A stretch of DNA of 64,000 nt from an uncultured Candidatus Saccharibacteria bacterium (GTDB lineage Bacteria; Patescibacteriota; Minisyncoccia; Phycocordibacterales; UBA918): NCBI GenBank assembly GCA_964502345.1, contig CAZCWH010000001.1, positions 167 to 64,166 of the forward strand, read 5' to 3'. Below the pieces are notes generated by a model. The model was not told the origin of the DNA and searched no databases. It saw only the letters and a list, made by a program, of their open reading frames with translations. Shown here piece by piece: positions 1 to 9,396 of this stretch. Position 1 is the stretch's first letter; every line of letters begins with the position of its first letter. A program made the position numbers and the translations under genes.

Positions 1-2050
1 CTTTAATAATGGTCTCATTACGTATCGCAAGATTTTCAAGCTCATCAGTTACTTTTCTGAGATGCGTATCAATCAACTGCCGTGTTTCGCCAGTGTCCCC
101 AGTGAGAGTAATTGAAGCGAGGATCTCTTTACGGGTATGCTCAATATCATTTCGGATTTTTTCCATCTCAGCCTCATCTCCTTTTCGAACTGCTTGTGCA
201 AATCTATGTAAATCTTCTTGAATTCTAAGTCTGAATCTGCGCAACTCAGTTTCAAGATTTTCTCTTTCAACACTATCAGAAATATCAATTTCATCCATGA
301 CCGCGGTTGCTGATGTCATATAGATTGGAGGAACATTCGATGTGCGAGATGAAGTCCCACTTGATTGCGGTTTGGTAGTTCCTGCGATGTACGTAGTGTC
401 TTCAAGCTCTGCATGAATCTGCTGTATTTCAACAACTTTCGCAGTCTCAGCTTCTGTGTGAACCGGTACAATAGCATTAACGATTGATGCTGGAATACGT
501 GTGCTTTCCGTCACACCATACTGGTGCTTTACTCGTGCAAATACTTTGTAATTACCATTCGGTGTTTGTTTGGTAGGCCATTTAAACTTCCACGTATCAT
601 CGTTTTGCTTTTGTGCGCGACCTAAGAATAATGGTGTGAGTGCACTTGTTGGTTGAACGTACAACTCAACAAAGGTTGCGTCAGATACAGTGACAAAAAC
701 GTCAACATCACCATCAAGCGGAGAAGGCTTAGGGATCTGAATGAGTATCTGAGGCTCCAGCGCTGCCGTGGCAGTTGTCGTAGCTGTTGAACTAGCGTTT
801 GTCGCAGGGGTCGCATTATCAATTGATGTTGTAACCTCGTTACTTTGATAGGAAGCTCCTGTAAATAGCGCCTGTGCACGAACAGTATAGGTTCCCTTTG
901 GAAAGAGCGCTGTATTCCATTCAAACCGCCATTCTGTACCGTTGTGGTACGTTGCATACCCAAGTAATGAATAATTTGAGCTGCTACCACTTTTTACATA
1001 GAGCTTAACTCCAGTTGCACCTATAACCGTGGTCTCCATGGTTACGTAGCCCTTAAGTGGCGGAGCTTCATTAATGGTGAGCTGTACGAGTGGTGCCGAT
1101 GTTGCAGTAGTAGTTGTTGTCGGAGTTGACACTGTGGTTGTAGCCGAGGGTGGAGTGCTCGTCGTTGATCCAGTGCTAGTACTTGATCCTGTTTCTGCAT
1201 CAGAAGCCATGGAGACTGGGTAATTTTCTACAAAAATATTTGATGATTCCGTATGGTTGTACGTACCATACGCGTTTTTGACAAGTGCTTTAATACGATA
1301 CTCACCATCTGTGTAGCCTCGCGTATCCCAAAAAAATCTCCAGATATCACTACTTACATTGACTGCTCTTCCGAGCGTTATGCTTGTTCCTGTAGTTTTC
1401 TGATACGCATGTACATCAACGCTTGTGGCATAGGGCACAATGATAGTAATTGGAACAATATTTGCATACGGCGAGACTCCCTCAAACAAAAAGTCGACAG
1501 GTGGTGTTGGATCAACACTAGACCCTGTCGTTCCTGAGGTACCCGCTGTTTCATTTGTTGCACAGTACACCGCATCATAATTTGGGCTTGCTGTGTCAGA
1601 GCAGTTGTAGTTTGATCCAGTAGACTGGGCTACCAGACTTGCACTCTCTAGATTTGCATAGGTTCCACCGAAACTTTGCATATGAAAAAGCGTAAATAGA
1701 GCGCCAACGACAACAAAGAACACTCCGGCATAACGCGCAACCTGAGACGCAAGCCTGTCATTATCAATAGGAAGACGAAACGGTGAAAGTAAAGCTAGTT
1801 GTAAATTATTTCGCACCACAATTGCGCTTGGGAGCGCAAACGTAGTTTGAGGGCTATCCGCTTTAACTTTCTTTGAATCACCGCCAACAGTGATTTTCGT
1901 CTTTAAATTTTTTGAGGACTTTTGATCACGATGTGTAGCCTTAGTTAAAGAAACTGTATTCTTAATCTTTTTAGAACGCACTCGTGATGAAGAATCTTTT
2001 ACCTTCAGCAAAACTGCGGGCTTCTTTAATGCAGCTCCGTTCTTTGACAT
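1..2050 (-). CDS. Membrane-anchored surface protein with Ig-like (Big_7-type) domains, partial (3' end runs off the window; absent from the ORF track)
   Basis: Hand translation from ATG at 2050 gives MSKNGAALKKPAV..., a Lys-rich N-terminus and a TM segment (YAGVFFVVVGALFTLF). Three Ig-like motifs follow (WRFFWDTRGYTDGEYRIK, WRFEWNTALFPKGTYTVRA, WKFKWPTKQTPNGNYKVFARV) with Thr/Ser linkers. The same frame reads ...RNETIIK at base 2. Confidence 0.85.
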   Translation of the reverse strand, partial: MSKNGAALKKPAVLLKVKDSSSRVRSKKIKNTVSLTKATHRDQKSSKNLKTKITVGGDSKKVKADSPQTTFALPSAIVVRNNLQLALLSPFRLPIDNDRLASQVARYAGVFFVVVGALFTLFHMQSFGGTYANLESASLVAQSTGSNYNCSDTASPNYDAVYCATNETAGTSGTTGSSVDPTPPVDFLFEGVSPYANIVPITIIVPYATSVDVHAYQKTTGTSITLGRAVNVSSDIWRFFWDTRGYTDGEYRIKALVKNAYGTYNHTESSNIFVENYPVSMASDAETGSSTSTGSTTSTPPSATTTVSTPTTTTTATSAPLVQLTINEAPPLKGYVTMETTVIGATGVKLYVKSGSSSNYSLLGYATYHNGTEWRFEWNTALFPKGTYTVRAQALFTGASYQSNEVTTSIDNATPATNASSTATTTATAALEPQILIQIPKPSPLDGDVDVFVTVSDATFVELYVQPTSALTPLFLGRAQKQNDDTWKFKWPTKQTPNGNYKVFARVKHQYGVTESTRIPASIVNAIVPVHTEAETAKVVEIQQIHAELEDTTYIAGTTKPQSSGTSSRTSNVPPIYMTSATAVMDEIDISDSVERENLETELRRFRLRIQEDLHRFAQAVRKGDEAEMEKIRNDIEHTRKEILASITLTGDTGETRQLIDTHLRKVTDELENLAIRNETIIK

Positions 2051-2100
2051 GCCATCATTATACTTTGATGTCGTCAGTAATTACGTGACTGTGTCGATAA

Positions 2101-4128
2101 CTATTTTGATTTCTTGAGCGACTCAAGTGCACGGATTTCATCTCGGATAATAGCGGCTGTTTCGAAATCAAGTTGCTTAACCGCCTCCTCCATCTGTTCA
2201 CGCTTTTCGATCAGTGTTTGTTTTGGATTCTTACGGTAAAGATCAATATCTACAGCAAGCAGTGTGTCGACGGTCTGCATATGTTCAGTGCGAAGATGCT
2301 CGGTAATGTCTTTAATTTCTTTAGCGATTGTTTGCGGGGTGATATTGTGCTTTTTATTATAGGCGAGTTGTATCTCACGTCTTCGCATTGTCTCATCAAT
2401 TGCATATTTAAGTGCTGGCGTTATTTCATCTGCATAGAGCAAAACTCTACCATTAACATTGCGTGCTGCTCGTCCTATAGTTTGAATAAGTGATGTTTCA
2501 GAACGCAAAAAACCAGCCTTATCTGCATCGAGAATGGCAACGAGCTCAACTTCGGGTAAATCGAGTCCCTCGCGGAGTAAATTGACTCCAACAAGACAAT
2601 CAAAAACACCCTTTCTGAAGTCTGTAAGAATCTGTATTCGCTCGATTGTCTTAATATCACTGTGCAGATACTTTGAATTAATACCTCGCTCAGTAAGAAA
2701 TTCAGAAAGATCTTCGGCCATCTGCTTCGTGAGCGTGGTTACAAGCACACGTGTACCACTCGTAATCACTTTTACGGCTTCCTCGATAAAGTCTTTTACT
2801 TGCCCCTTGTAATTTCCTTTCTCAACAATCGGTCGAAGATCTATAATTGGATCAACAAGTCCTGTTGGGCGAATAATCTGTGAGACGATTTCACCCTGTG
2901 CATTGTCAGCATGCGCAAACTCGTACTTCCCTGGTGTTGCAGAAGTATAAATGCACTGCCCCACGCGCTCCTCAAATTCTGAAAAGTTGAGAGGCCGATT
3001 ATCAATAGCACTCGGGAGTCTAAATCCATGTTCAACGAGTGTTACTTTACGTGAACGATCGCCTGCGTACATACCACCAAGTTGAGGAATGGTCACATGT
3101 GATTCATCAATAATCGTAAGAAAATCAGGAGTACCGTCAGCCTTGTGTGGAAAGTATGAGAGGAGCGTATAGGGTGCTTCTCCTTCTTTTCTTCCATCAA
3201 AATGGCGTGAGTAATTTTCGATACCATTGCAATAGCCAATTTCACGGATAAGTGCGAGATCATGTTCCGTTCTTCGCTTAATACGTTGTGCTTCTATGAG
3301 CTTCTCTTCCTTCTTAAACTTCTTGAGTTGCAAATCAAGCTCAAGCTTAATATCTGCCATAGCTCGCTTGCGCTCATCTTCTGGGGTAACAAAGTGCTTG
3401 GCAGGAAAAAGAAAGAAGACGTCACTTTCTTCAATAATTGCTCGTGAGACGGCATCAATCTTTGTAATGTCGCTTATTTCGTTCCCTTTAAAACCTAAAC
3501 GGAAGATGACTCGCTCATTGGTTGGCATAATTTCAACAGTATTTCCAACAGCTCTAAAGTGTCCTGGGGTTAAATCAGCATTTGTTCTTTCAAAATACAT
3601 CGAGACAAGTAATCTGAGCATTTCAGCGCGTGATATAGAAAAGCCACGCGTGATTTTCTTATGTACTTTCTCATACTCGATTGGTGAACCGAGCCCGTAA
3701 ATACATGACACGGAGGCAACTATGATGACATCCTTGCGTGTGAGTAAGGCCTGAGTCGAAGCATGTCGTAAGCGGTCAATCTCTTCATTTATCATCGCTT
3801 CTTTTTCGATGTACGTATCAGAAATTGGCATGTATGCCTCAGGCTGATAATAGTCATAGTATGAAACGAAGTAGTGAACAGCATTATTTGGGAAGAAATC
3901 TCGATACTCTTGCGCGAGCTGTGCAGCAAGAGTCTTATTGTGTGCAATAACTAGTGTCGGCTTTTGGACATGTGCAATCACATTCGCTGCCGTATAAGTT
4001 TTTCCAGAGCCAGTCACACCAAGTAACGTCTGGTGACGCATACCCGCTTCGTAACCTTTTACCAGCTTTTCTATTGCCTTTGGTTGGTCACCTGCAGGTG
4101 TTTTATCAGTATTAAGCTTGAATTCCAT
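2101..4128 (-). CDS. uvrB: Excinuclease ABC subunit B
   Basis: PAGDQPKAI, Walker A GVTGSGKT, HNKTLAAQL, FVSYYDYYQPEAY, DESH, GLDLPEV, QTIGRAARN and a C-terminal UVR domain (LDFETAAIIRDEI). Confidence 0.98.
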   Translation of the reverse strand: MEFKLNTDKTPAGDQPKAIEKLVKGYEAGMRHQTLLGVTGSGKTYTAANVIAHVQKPTLVIAHNKTLAAQLAQEYRDFFPNNAVHYFVSYYDYYQPEAYMPISDTYIEKEAMINEEIDRLRHASTQALLTRKDVIIVASVSCIYGLGSPIEYEKVHKKITRGFSISRAEMLRLLVSMYFERTNADLTPGHFRAVGNTVEIMPTNERVIFRLGFKGNEISDITKIDAVSRAIIEESDVFFLFPAKHFVTPEDERKRAMADIKLELDLQLKKFKKEEKLIEAQRIKRRTEHDLALIREIGYCNGIENYSRHFDGRKEGEAPYTLLSYFPHKADGTPDFLTIIDESHVTIPQLGGMYAGDRSRKVTLVEHGFRLPSAIDNRPLNFSEFEERVGQCIYTSATPGKYEFAHADNAQGEIVSQIIRPTGLVDPIIDLRPIVEKGNYKGQVKDFIEEAVKVITSGTRVLVTTLTKQMAEDLSEFLTERGINSKYLHSDIKTIERIQILTDFRKGVFDCLVGVNLLREGLDLPEVELVAILDADKAGFLRSETSLIQTIGRAARNVNGRVLLYADEITPALKYAIDETMRRREIQLAYNKKHNITPQTIAKEIKDITEHLRTEHMQTVDTLLAVDIDLYRKNPKQTLIEKREQMEEAVKQLDFETAAIIRDEIRALESLKKSK

Positions 4129-4160
4129 AGTTTTGTGATTTTAACACATCAGAATAGTAA

Positions 4161-4189
4161 TTGACACTATAGCTTTTTTACGACATAAT
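4161..4189 (+). promoter_or_regulatory. Sigma70-type promoter (TTGACA-N17-CATAAT) for the small plus-strand gene
   Basis: Perfect -35 at 4161-4166, 17-nt spacer and 5/6 -10 at 4184-4189, followed by GGAGG at 4208-4212 and GTG at 4221. Confidence 0.7.
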
Positions 4190-4220
4190 AAATTATACGC
4201 TCATTCTGGAGGAACAGGCC

Positions 4221-4400
4221 GTGCTGACGAACATTGCACAGCAACTTGCGGTAGTTAGTTTTGTCCTTTTTGTTCTCCTTACCCCATGTGATTACTTTGG
4301 TTTATCACACTACCTAAAGTGGATGTATTTCACTGCAGTGGTTACTGGCATAGGCGCAGGAGTACTTTTCTTCTGCAACTACCTCCTGCAACGAAAATAA
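4221..4400 (+). CDS. Small 59-aa membrane protein with two predicted TM segments (below the ORF-track cutoff)
   Basis: GTG...TAA encoding MLTNIAQQLAVVSFVLFVLLTPCDYFGLSHYLKWMYFTAVVTGIGAGVLFFCNYLLQRK. Has a GGAGG RBS, a consensus promoter and a downstream hairpin. Confidence 0.7.
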   Translation: MLTNIAQQLAVVSFVLFVLLTPCDYFGLSHYLKWMYFTAVVTGIGAGVLFFCNYLLQRK

Positions 4401-4422
4401 GAAACAAATTACAAGCATGAAT

Positions 4423-4449
4423 GAGGCTCCGTCACTGCGGGGCTTTTCT
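4423..4449. terminator. Hairpin between the convergent small gene and tgt; probable intrinsic terminator
   Basis: GAGGCTCCG-tcactg-CGGGGCTTT followed by a T-rich tail. Confidence 0.6.
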
Positions 4450-5643
4450 TTATTCGGAAAGAATCCTTTCTCTTAGTTTTTTTGTGAAGTTGACGATGAC
4501 GTACAGATTATGAAGAGATGCAAGGTGAGCACCAAGCATTTCATTAGCTCTAAAAAGATGCGCAAGATACGCTCGCGTATAGTGGGTACATACGTAGCAA
4601 TCACATCCTTCATCTGGCTTTCCTAGATCGTTCGTGTACTGTGCATTTTTTAAATTGAGTTTTTTGATTCCCTCATGTGTATGCACATAGATTGCTCCTG
4701 TGCGTGCGATGCGCGTAGGAGCTACACAATCAAATGTGTCACAACCCATACGTACCCCTGCTTCAATATCCTCAGGCTCACCAATACCAAGAAGGTGTCG
4801 AGGCTTGTCTTGAGGGAGTACCTCATTTACAGCTTTCAAAGATCCACCCAAATCCTCCTTACTAAATGAACCGCCAATACCAAATCCATCGAAGTCCATG
4901 TCACTTAAAATGCGTGCACTCTCTTTTCGTAAATCTAAGTGTCGTCCTCCCTGCACCACTCCATAAAGTCCCTGTTTTTGCAGTGCTTCATAGTTACGCT
5001 TATGCGCAAGAATAGAGCGCTTTGCCCAACGATGCGTCCGATTCATCGCTTCTTCTTGGTACTCCCGGGGTGCGGTAGGAGACGTGCATTCATCAAACGC
5101 AACGATGATATCAGCACCTATACTATGCTGAATTTCTATGGAGCGTTCTGCGGTGAACCGATGCATACTCCCATCAATGTGTGATGTGAATGTGACCCCA
5201 TCTTCATCGATGACACAGAGTTTACCGTGGCTCTCCGCAAGTTCTTTTGAGTACACCGTGAGCCCTTCGTCAGCATCTACGGTTTCACCTTTTGCAAACT
5301 TTGTTACTCCTTTACCAAACGCAGCGCCAAGTGAAAATACTTGAAACCCTCCTGAGTCAGTCATCGTTGGGAGCTTCCAGTTAGAAAATGAATGCAGTCC
5401 CCCTGCTTTTTCTATGAGCTCATGCCCAGGCTGAAGATAGAGATGGTAGGTATTTGCGAGCGCCACCTGTGCACCAACATACTCCTCAAGGTCCTCAGGT
5501 TTGAGTGATTTCACCGTCCCCTTTGTACCCACAACAACAAAAGCAGGTGTCAGAATATCACCATGGGGTGTATGAATAACACCAGCCCGTGCAAGAGTGC
5601 CTGGCTGGTGCTTTACTACTTCAAACGTGATGGGTGAAGCCAT
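4450..5643 (-). CDS. tgt: tRNA-guanine transglycosylase (queuine tRNA-ribosyltransferase)
   Basis: ARAGVIHTPHG, NTYHL, MTDSGGFQVFSL, GVVQGG, KPRHLLGIG, DTFDCVAPTR and the Zn-binding CDCYVC...HNL motif. Confidence 0.97.
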   Translation of the reverse strand: MASPITFEVVKHQPGTLARAGVIHTPHGDILTPAFVVVGTKGTVKSLKPEDLEEYVGAQVALANTYHLYLQPGHELIEKAGGLHSFSNWKLPTMTDSGGFQVFSLGAAFGKGVTKFAKGETVDADEGLTVYSKELAESHGKLCVIDEDGVTFTSHIDGSMHRFTAERSIEIQHSIGADIIVAFDECTSPTAPREYQEEAMNRTHRWAKRSILAHKRNYEALQKQGLYGVVQGGRHLDLRKESARILSDMDFDGFGIGGSFSKEDLGGSLKAVNEVLPQDKPRHLLGIGEPEDIEAGVRMGCDTFDCVAPTRIARTGAIYVHTHEGIKKLNLKNAQYTNDLGKPDEGCDCYVCTHYTRAYLAHLFRANEMLGAHLASLHNLYVIVNFTKKLRERILSE

Positions 5644-6188
5644 TAATTAATCTTCACGAGTTCGATAGCGAAAATAAGTGTTGATCCTGCTTCAATTGGA
5701 CCTACTTTCCTCTCTCCGTAGCCAAGTGATGGTGGTATTACAAGAATTCGCTGACCACCAACCTGCATCCCAAGAATTCCTTTTTCCCAACCCTGAATGA
5801 CTCGATGATCACCAACGGTGAATGTGAAGGGTTCACCACGAACGTATGAATTATCAAACTGCACACCACTTTGTGTTGAACCAATATAGTGTGCAACAAC
5901 CGTGTCACCTTCCTTGACCTCGGGACCAGTTCCTATCTTTATGTCATCAACAACAAGCTTTTGTAGCTTTCCATCAACAGTTGCCGCATTTCGTAGTGCC
6001 TTCTCGAGATCGCCAGTACCCACTTCAGTATCAGCCTCAACTGCTACAAGCGCTGCCTGAGAGTCTCCTTCGAGCGTTGCGACAGTTGCATTAATGTCTG
6101 TCTGGAACCTAAGAAGACTAAGGGCTACTGCCATGACTGCAACACTCAAAAAGATGCCAATTACCTCAAATTTATTTACTGGACTCAT
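5643..6188 (-). CDS. FKBP-type peptidyl-prolyl cis-trans isomerase with N-terminal membrane anchor
   Basis: GDTVVAHYIG, FDNSYVRGEPFTF, VIQGWEKGILGMQVGGQRILVIPPSLGYG. Confidence 0.95.
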   Translation of the reverse strand: MSPVNKFEVIGIFLSVAVMAVALSLLRFQTDINATVATLEGDSQAALVAVEADTEVGTGDLEKALRNAATVDGKLQKLVVDDIKIGTGPEVKEGDTVVAHYIGSTQSGVQFDNSYVRGEPFTFTVGDHRVIQGWEKGILGMQVGGQRILVIPPSLGYGERKVGPIEAGSTLIFAIELVKIN

Positions 6189-6238
6189 ATATTCATTGAT
6201 TGATTATCGAACCATAATAGCCGTGTTTCCCAAATATG

Positions 6239-6468
6239 CAACCTAAAGCGCAACGACCAAAGGGAGTATGCGTTTGGAAGTACTCCTGTGGTACAACCTA
6301 TTTTTTAAGGAGCCTCTGGCGACTATAAAAATGGAAGTACTCTTGTGGCACAACCTAAAGCGCAACGACCAAAGGGAGTATGCGTTTGGAAGTACTCCTG
6401 TGGTACAACCTGATTTTTAAGGAGCCTCTGGCGACTATAAAAATGGAAGTACTCTTGTGGTACAACCT
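6239..6468. repeat. 112-bp tandem duplication with four copies of a 25-nt core separated by two alternating hairpin spacers
   Basis: Core TGGAAGTACTCYTGTGGYACAACCT at 6275, 6332, 6387 and 6444. Spacers alternate A/B. Period is 112 bp (CAACC at 6239, 6351, 6463). Confidence 0.95.
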
Positions 6469-6547
6469 GATAAGAGTTTGAATTTATGAAAACTATCTTA
6501 GAACCTGAACAGCCTCTGTAAGACAGCACTCGATATCCGTTCAATGC

Positions 6548-7576
6548 TTAATCACGCGACACCACAAAGTACGGGTGACCTACTTCGTTATACTTTCCAT
6601 CGGTAATTTTTTCGAAGCGTTTATAAATCTCCATTCGCTCATCACCGGTCACAACATAGGGTTGACTACGGGAATCCTTACTTGAAAATGGGATAAGCGT
6701 ATAGATGACTCGATCTCTCTCAAACATAAGATCTATGCCTAATCCCTTTTGAACTTCATCACTGAAGTACTGATCAAAAATGAAATTTCCAAGGGAATAG
6801 AAAATTGGTTTGTCATTATATATTTCAATATCTTGGATAACATGGGGGTGATGCCCAATAACTGCATCAATACCGTTATCTATTAGGAGATGCGCTAGAC
6901 CCTCCTCCTTATAACTATGGAGTAATTCGTACTCATTACCCCAATGAACAAAAACGATCTGAAAATCTGATTTCTGCTTCAACTCAGTAACTACTGCCTG
7001 GAGCGCGTCAAGATCCGGTTCTGTAAAGAGCGTATGCATAAACAAGAAACCAATCGTAGTATCACCCACTTTTTTTATACTCGTGGATGAGGATGTAACC
7101 GTGAGTGGATGACCAAAACACGAGATACCATACTGTGAGCATACTGATAGCGTATTTTCATAACTCTGAGGACCATAGTCGAGTGCATGATTATTAGCTA
7201 GCGAGAGGACATCAATTCCAGCATTATGTAACTCCTGCATATACTTTTCTTCTATGGAAAAGGTCATTCCAAGAGATTGTGTTGGGATATGATTCTGTGG
7301 AATCGTGCCCTCAAAATTTCCCACTGCAAGATCAGCACTCCTAATGAGTTCTTCGACTTTTCTAAATGAATATGATGTACCGTTTTGCTCACCAAGGACT
7401 TCAACATTCCTACCAAGCATTATGTCTCCAACAAACAGCACATGAGCATCGTCGTAGGTCTCCACAAATTGCCAAAACTCAAATGAAGGGATGCGAAATT
7501 CAGGAAAATTGACTACTGTAAGATGGACACCCGCTCCAACAATTGCAACAAAAAGTATGATTAGAAAAAATTTCAC
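6548..7576 (-). CDS. CapA family (PGA_cap) metallophosphoesterase-fold protein
   Basis: FVGDIMLGR, GNFEG, LSLANNHALDYG, HWGNEY, IGHHPHV, YSLGNFIFDQ; N-terminal anchor. Confidence 0.92.
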   Translation of the reverse strand: MKFFLIILFVAIVGAGVHLTVVNFPEFRIPSFEFWQFVETYDDAHVLFVGDIMLGRNVEVLGEQNGTSYSFRKVEELIRSADLAVGNFEGTIPQNHIPTQSLGMTFSIEEKYMQELHNAGIDVLSLANNHALDYGPQSYENTLSVCSQYGISCFGHPLTVTSSSTSIKKVGDTTIGFLFMHTLFTEPDLDALQAVVTELKQKSDFQIVFVHWGNEYELLHSYKEEGLAHLLIDNGIDAVIGHHPHVIQDIEIYNDKPIFYSLGNFIFDQYFSDEVQKGLGIDLMFERDRVIYTLIPFSSKDSRSQPYVVTGDERMEIYKRFEKITDGKYNEVGHPYFVVSRD

Positions 7577-7594
7577 AGGTACAGTACTTATGCA

Positions 7595-7999
7595 TTATAG
7601 GTAGAATGGTCCAATTTTAAGTATAAACATCGCAATCGTAGAGGTAACCCCAGCAACTATAATCGCGGTCACAAATGTAATTAGTCTATGCACAAATGTT
7701 GCTTCTAAATTTTGAGCCATTTGATACTCGTCATGAGCCCTTGTAGTACTCGTGTGTATATGGATATTGAGAAGTGACAAAACTGCACCAGATGACAGTC
7801 GCGAATCACGATACAACACCTTCGAAGCTTCACTTTCCTCATGTTCTGCCACCACGACACCTCGAAGTGCCCTAAGTGCTTCTACTATGTCACCATCAGT
7901 CCAAGAAAACTTCTTTAGCTCAAGCGTAATTTCAGCATCAGTAGCTGTGCTTGAAATACCATTAATCCTCAAATAATTTTCAACATATTCTCGAGTCAT
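7595..7999 (-). CDS. Hypothetical protein with C-terminal TM helix
   Basis: 134-aa ORF tightly spaced with its neighbours; hydrophobic C-terminus. Confidence 0.75.
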   Translation of the reverse strand: MTREYVENYLRINGISSTATDAEITLELKKFSWTDGDIVEALRALRGVVVAEHEESEASKVLYRDSRLSSGAVLSLLNIHIHTSTTRAHDEYQMAQNLEATFVHRLITFVTAIIVAGVTSTIAMFILKIGPFYL

Positions 8000-8008
8000 A
8001 CTGGGTTG

Positions 8009-9034
8009 CTACGTCTTACGGATTTGAGTTGCATACAATTCAATGAGCACTGTGAAGAAACTGAGAATGACTGGTCCAAGTATGAAACCGATAGGGCCAA
8101 AGAGTGCTATTCCTCCAAGCACAGAAAGTAGAATAAGAAATGGGTGCAGTGAGTTTCCACGACTCATCACGTACGGCCCAATGAAATTATCGATAATTCC
8201 AACTGCAAGCACACCCCACAGTGCAACACCCCCCGCAAGAAAATGTGAGCCAGTAACTATGAGATATATAACTGCAGGTATAAAAACTATTGTTGTTCCG
8301 ATGCCAGGTATGAGTGCACCAATAGCAGCAACACTCCCCCACAAGACTGCACGTTCAAATCCAAACATGTACAAACCAATTCCAGTTAAGGTTCCTTGAA
8401 GGAGCGCGACGAGTACCGTACCCAGCGCTACTGACCTCACTGATGTAGCAAGTCGCTTTAGAATGAGTTCATCCTGCACATTCTTAAGTGGACTAATCTT
8501 AACGAGATATGTAGTAAACAATTTGCCATCACGGAAAAAGTAAAAAGAAGCAATGAGTGCAATGAAAAAGAGAAATATGGTCGAAGCAGTACCAGCAAAA
8601 AGACTTACTATGTGAGTTGCTATAAAACTTGCAACTTGCTCTACAAAACTTGCCACATCAAGTGAAAATCCAGGAATGAACTCCTGCATAAATGATTCAA
8701 TCCGTTCAAGCTGTCCCGAGAATGTGAGGTATGTATTTGAATTGAAAAGTGAATACACCGAAAGCGCCTCACGCAGAATGAATGATGCAAGAACTGAGAG
8801 AGGTAACACAACAATGAGAATGACTGAAAGTACCGCAAGGAGTGATGCAACAGTTTTGTTTCCCCGCGGAACAATACTTAAAAGTCGTTCATAGAGTGGG
8901 TAGCAAATAGTCACAATAATCGCCGCAAGTGCGAGTGCTCCACCAAACGGTGCAAACAGCTTCCACATAAGAAATGCAGAACCTACAAGAACTGCAAAGA
9001 AAAATATGTGCTCAATGAGTTTGTCACTTACCAT
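8009..9034 (-). CDS. AI-2E family transporter
   Basis: Multi-TM protein with FYFFRDGK, IPGIGT, IIDNFIGP and HPFLILLSVLGGIALFGPIGFILGP. Start moved to ATG 9034 (MVSDKL) because the longer ORF crosses a terminator and the upstream gene. Confidence 0.92.
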   Translation of the reverse strand: MVSDKLIEHIFFFAVLVGSAFLMWKLFAPFGGALALAAIIVTICYPLYERLLSIVPRGNKTVASLLAVLSVILIVVLPLSVLASFILREALSVYSLFNSNTYLTFSGQLERIESFMQEFIPGFSLDVASFVEQVASFIATHIVSLFAGTASTIFLFFIALIASFYFFRDGKLFTTYLVKISPLKNVQDELILKRLATSVRSVALGTVLVALLQGTLTGIGLYMFGFERAVLWGSVAAIGALIPGIGTTIVFIPAVIYLIVTGSHFLAGGVALWGVLAVGIIDNFIGPYVMSRGNSLHPFLILLSVLGGIALFGPIGFILGPVILSFFTVLIELYATQIRKT

Positions 9035-9067
9035 ACGATTACTCCTATTGTACATTGTTCGTGAAAA

Positions 9068-9098
9068 GAAAAAAGCCAAGCGGATGCCTGGCTTTTTC
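9068..9098 (-). terminator. Intrinsic terminator after the small gene 9102-9248
   Basis: AAAAAGCCA-N10-TGGCTTTTT inverted repeat with A/T tails. Confidence 0.65.
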
Positions 9099-9101
9099 TC
9101 T

Positions 9102-9248
9102 TTATTCAAAATTCTGCTTAGAAGCAATCGCAGCTGCTTCTAATGCCTCAAATGTAGCCTTTCCTGCTACATCAGCGGCTTCAAAACTCTGAGTAAAGAG
9201 GTTGGATACGTACCACAGTACGAATATGAATCCTATGGCTCGAAACAT
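9102..9248 (-). CDS. Small 48-aa membrane or secreted protein
   Basis: MFRAIGFIFVLWYVSNLFTQSFEAADVAGKATFEALEAAAIASKQNFE, followed directly by a terminator. Confidence 0.65.
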   Translation of the reverse strand: MFRAIGFIFVLWYVSNLFTQSFEAADVAGKATFEALEAAAIASKQNFE

Positions 9249-9396
9249 AGTAATATTTTTGCAAATGCATGCTTTCTTTGACGAGAAGAAAGCTGAAAAA
9301 ATCGACATTTGCCCGAGCTCTCAAGAACTGTACTTCTACACTCTATTACAAAAACTATTCTTGTAAAGTTTCAAGCAGTAGTATGGACGAGCTCTG

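Noticed and set aside
6331-6420. Repeat core reads MEVLLWHNLKR, reminiscent of the DUF559 endonuclease 'E..LW..LR' motif
   Set aside because: Too short, and the rest of the domain is absent; may be coincidence.
6239-6468. CRISPR array
   Set aside because: Spacers are not unique (A-B-A-B) and are themselves hairpins related to a dispersed family; no cas genes are in the window.
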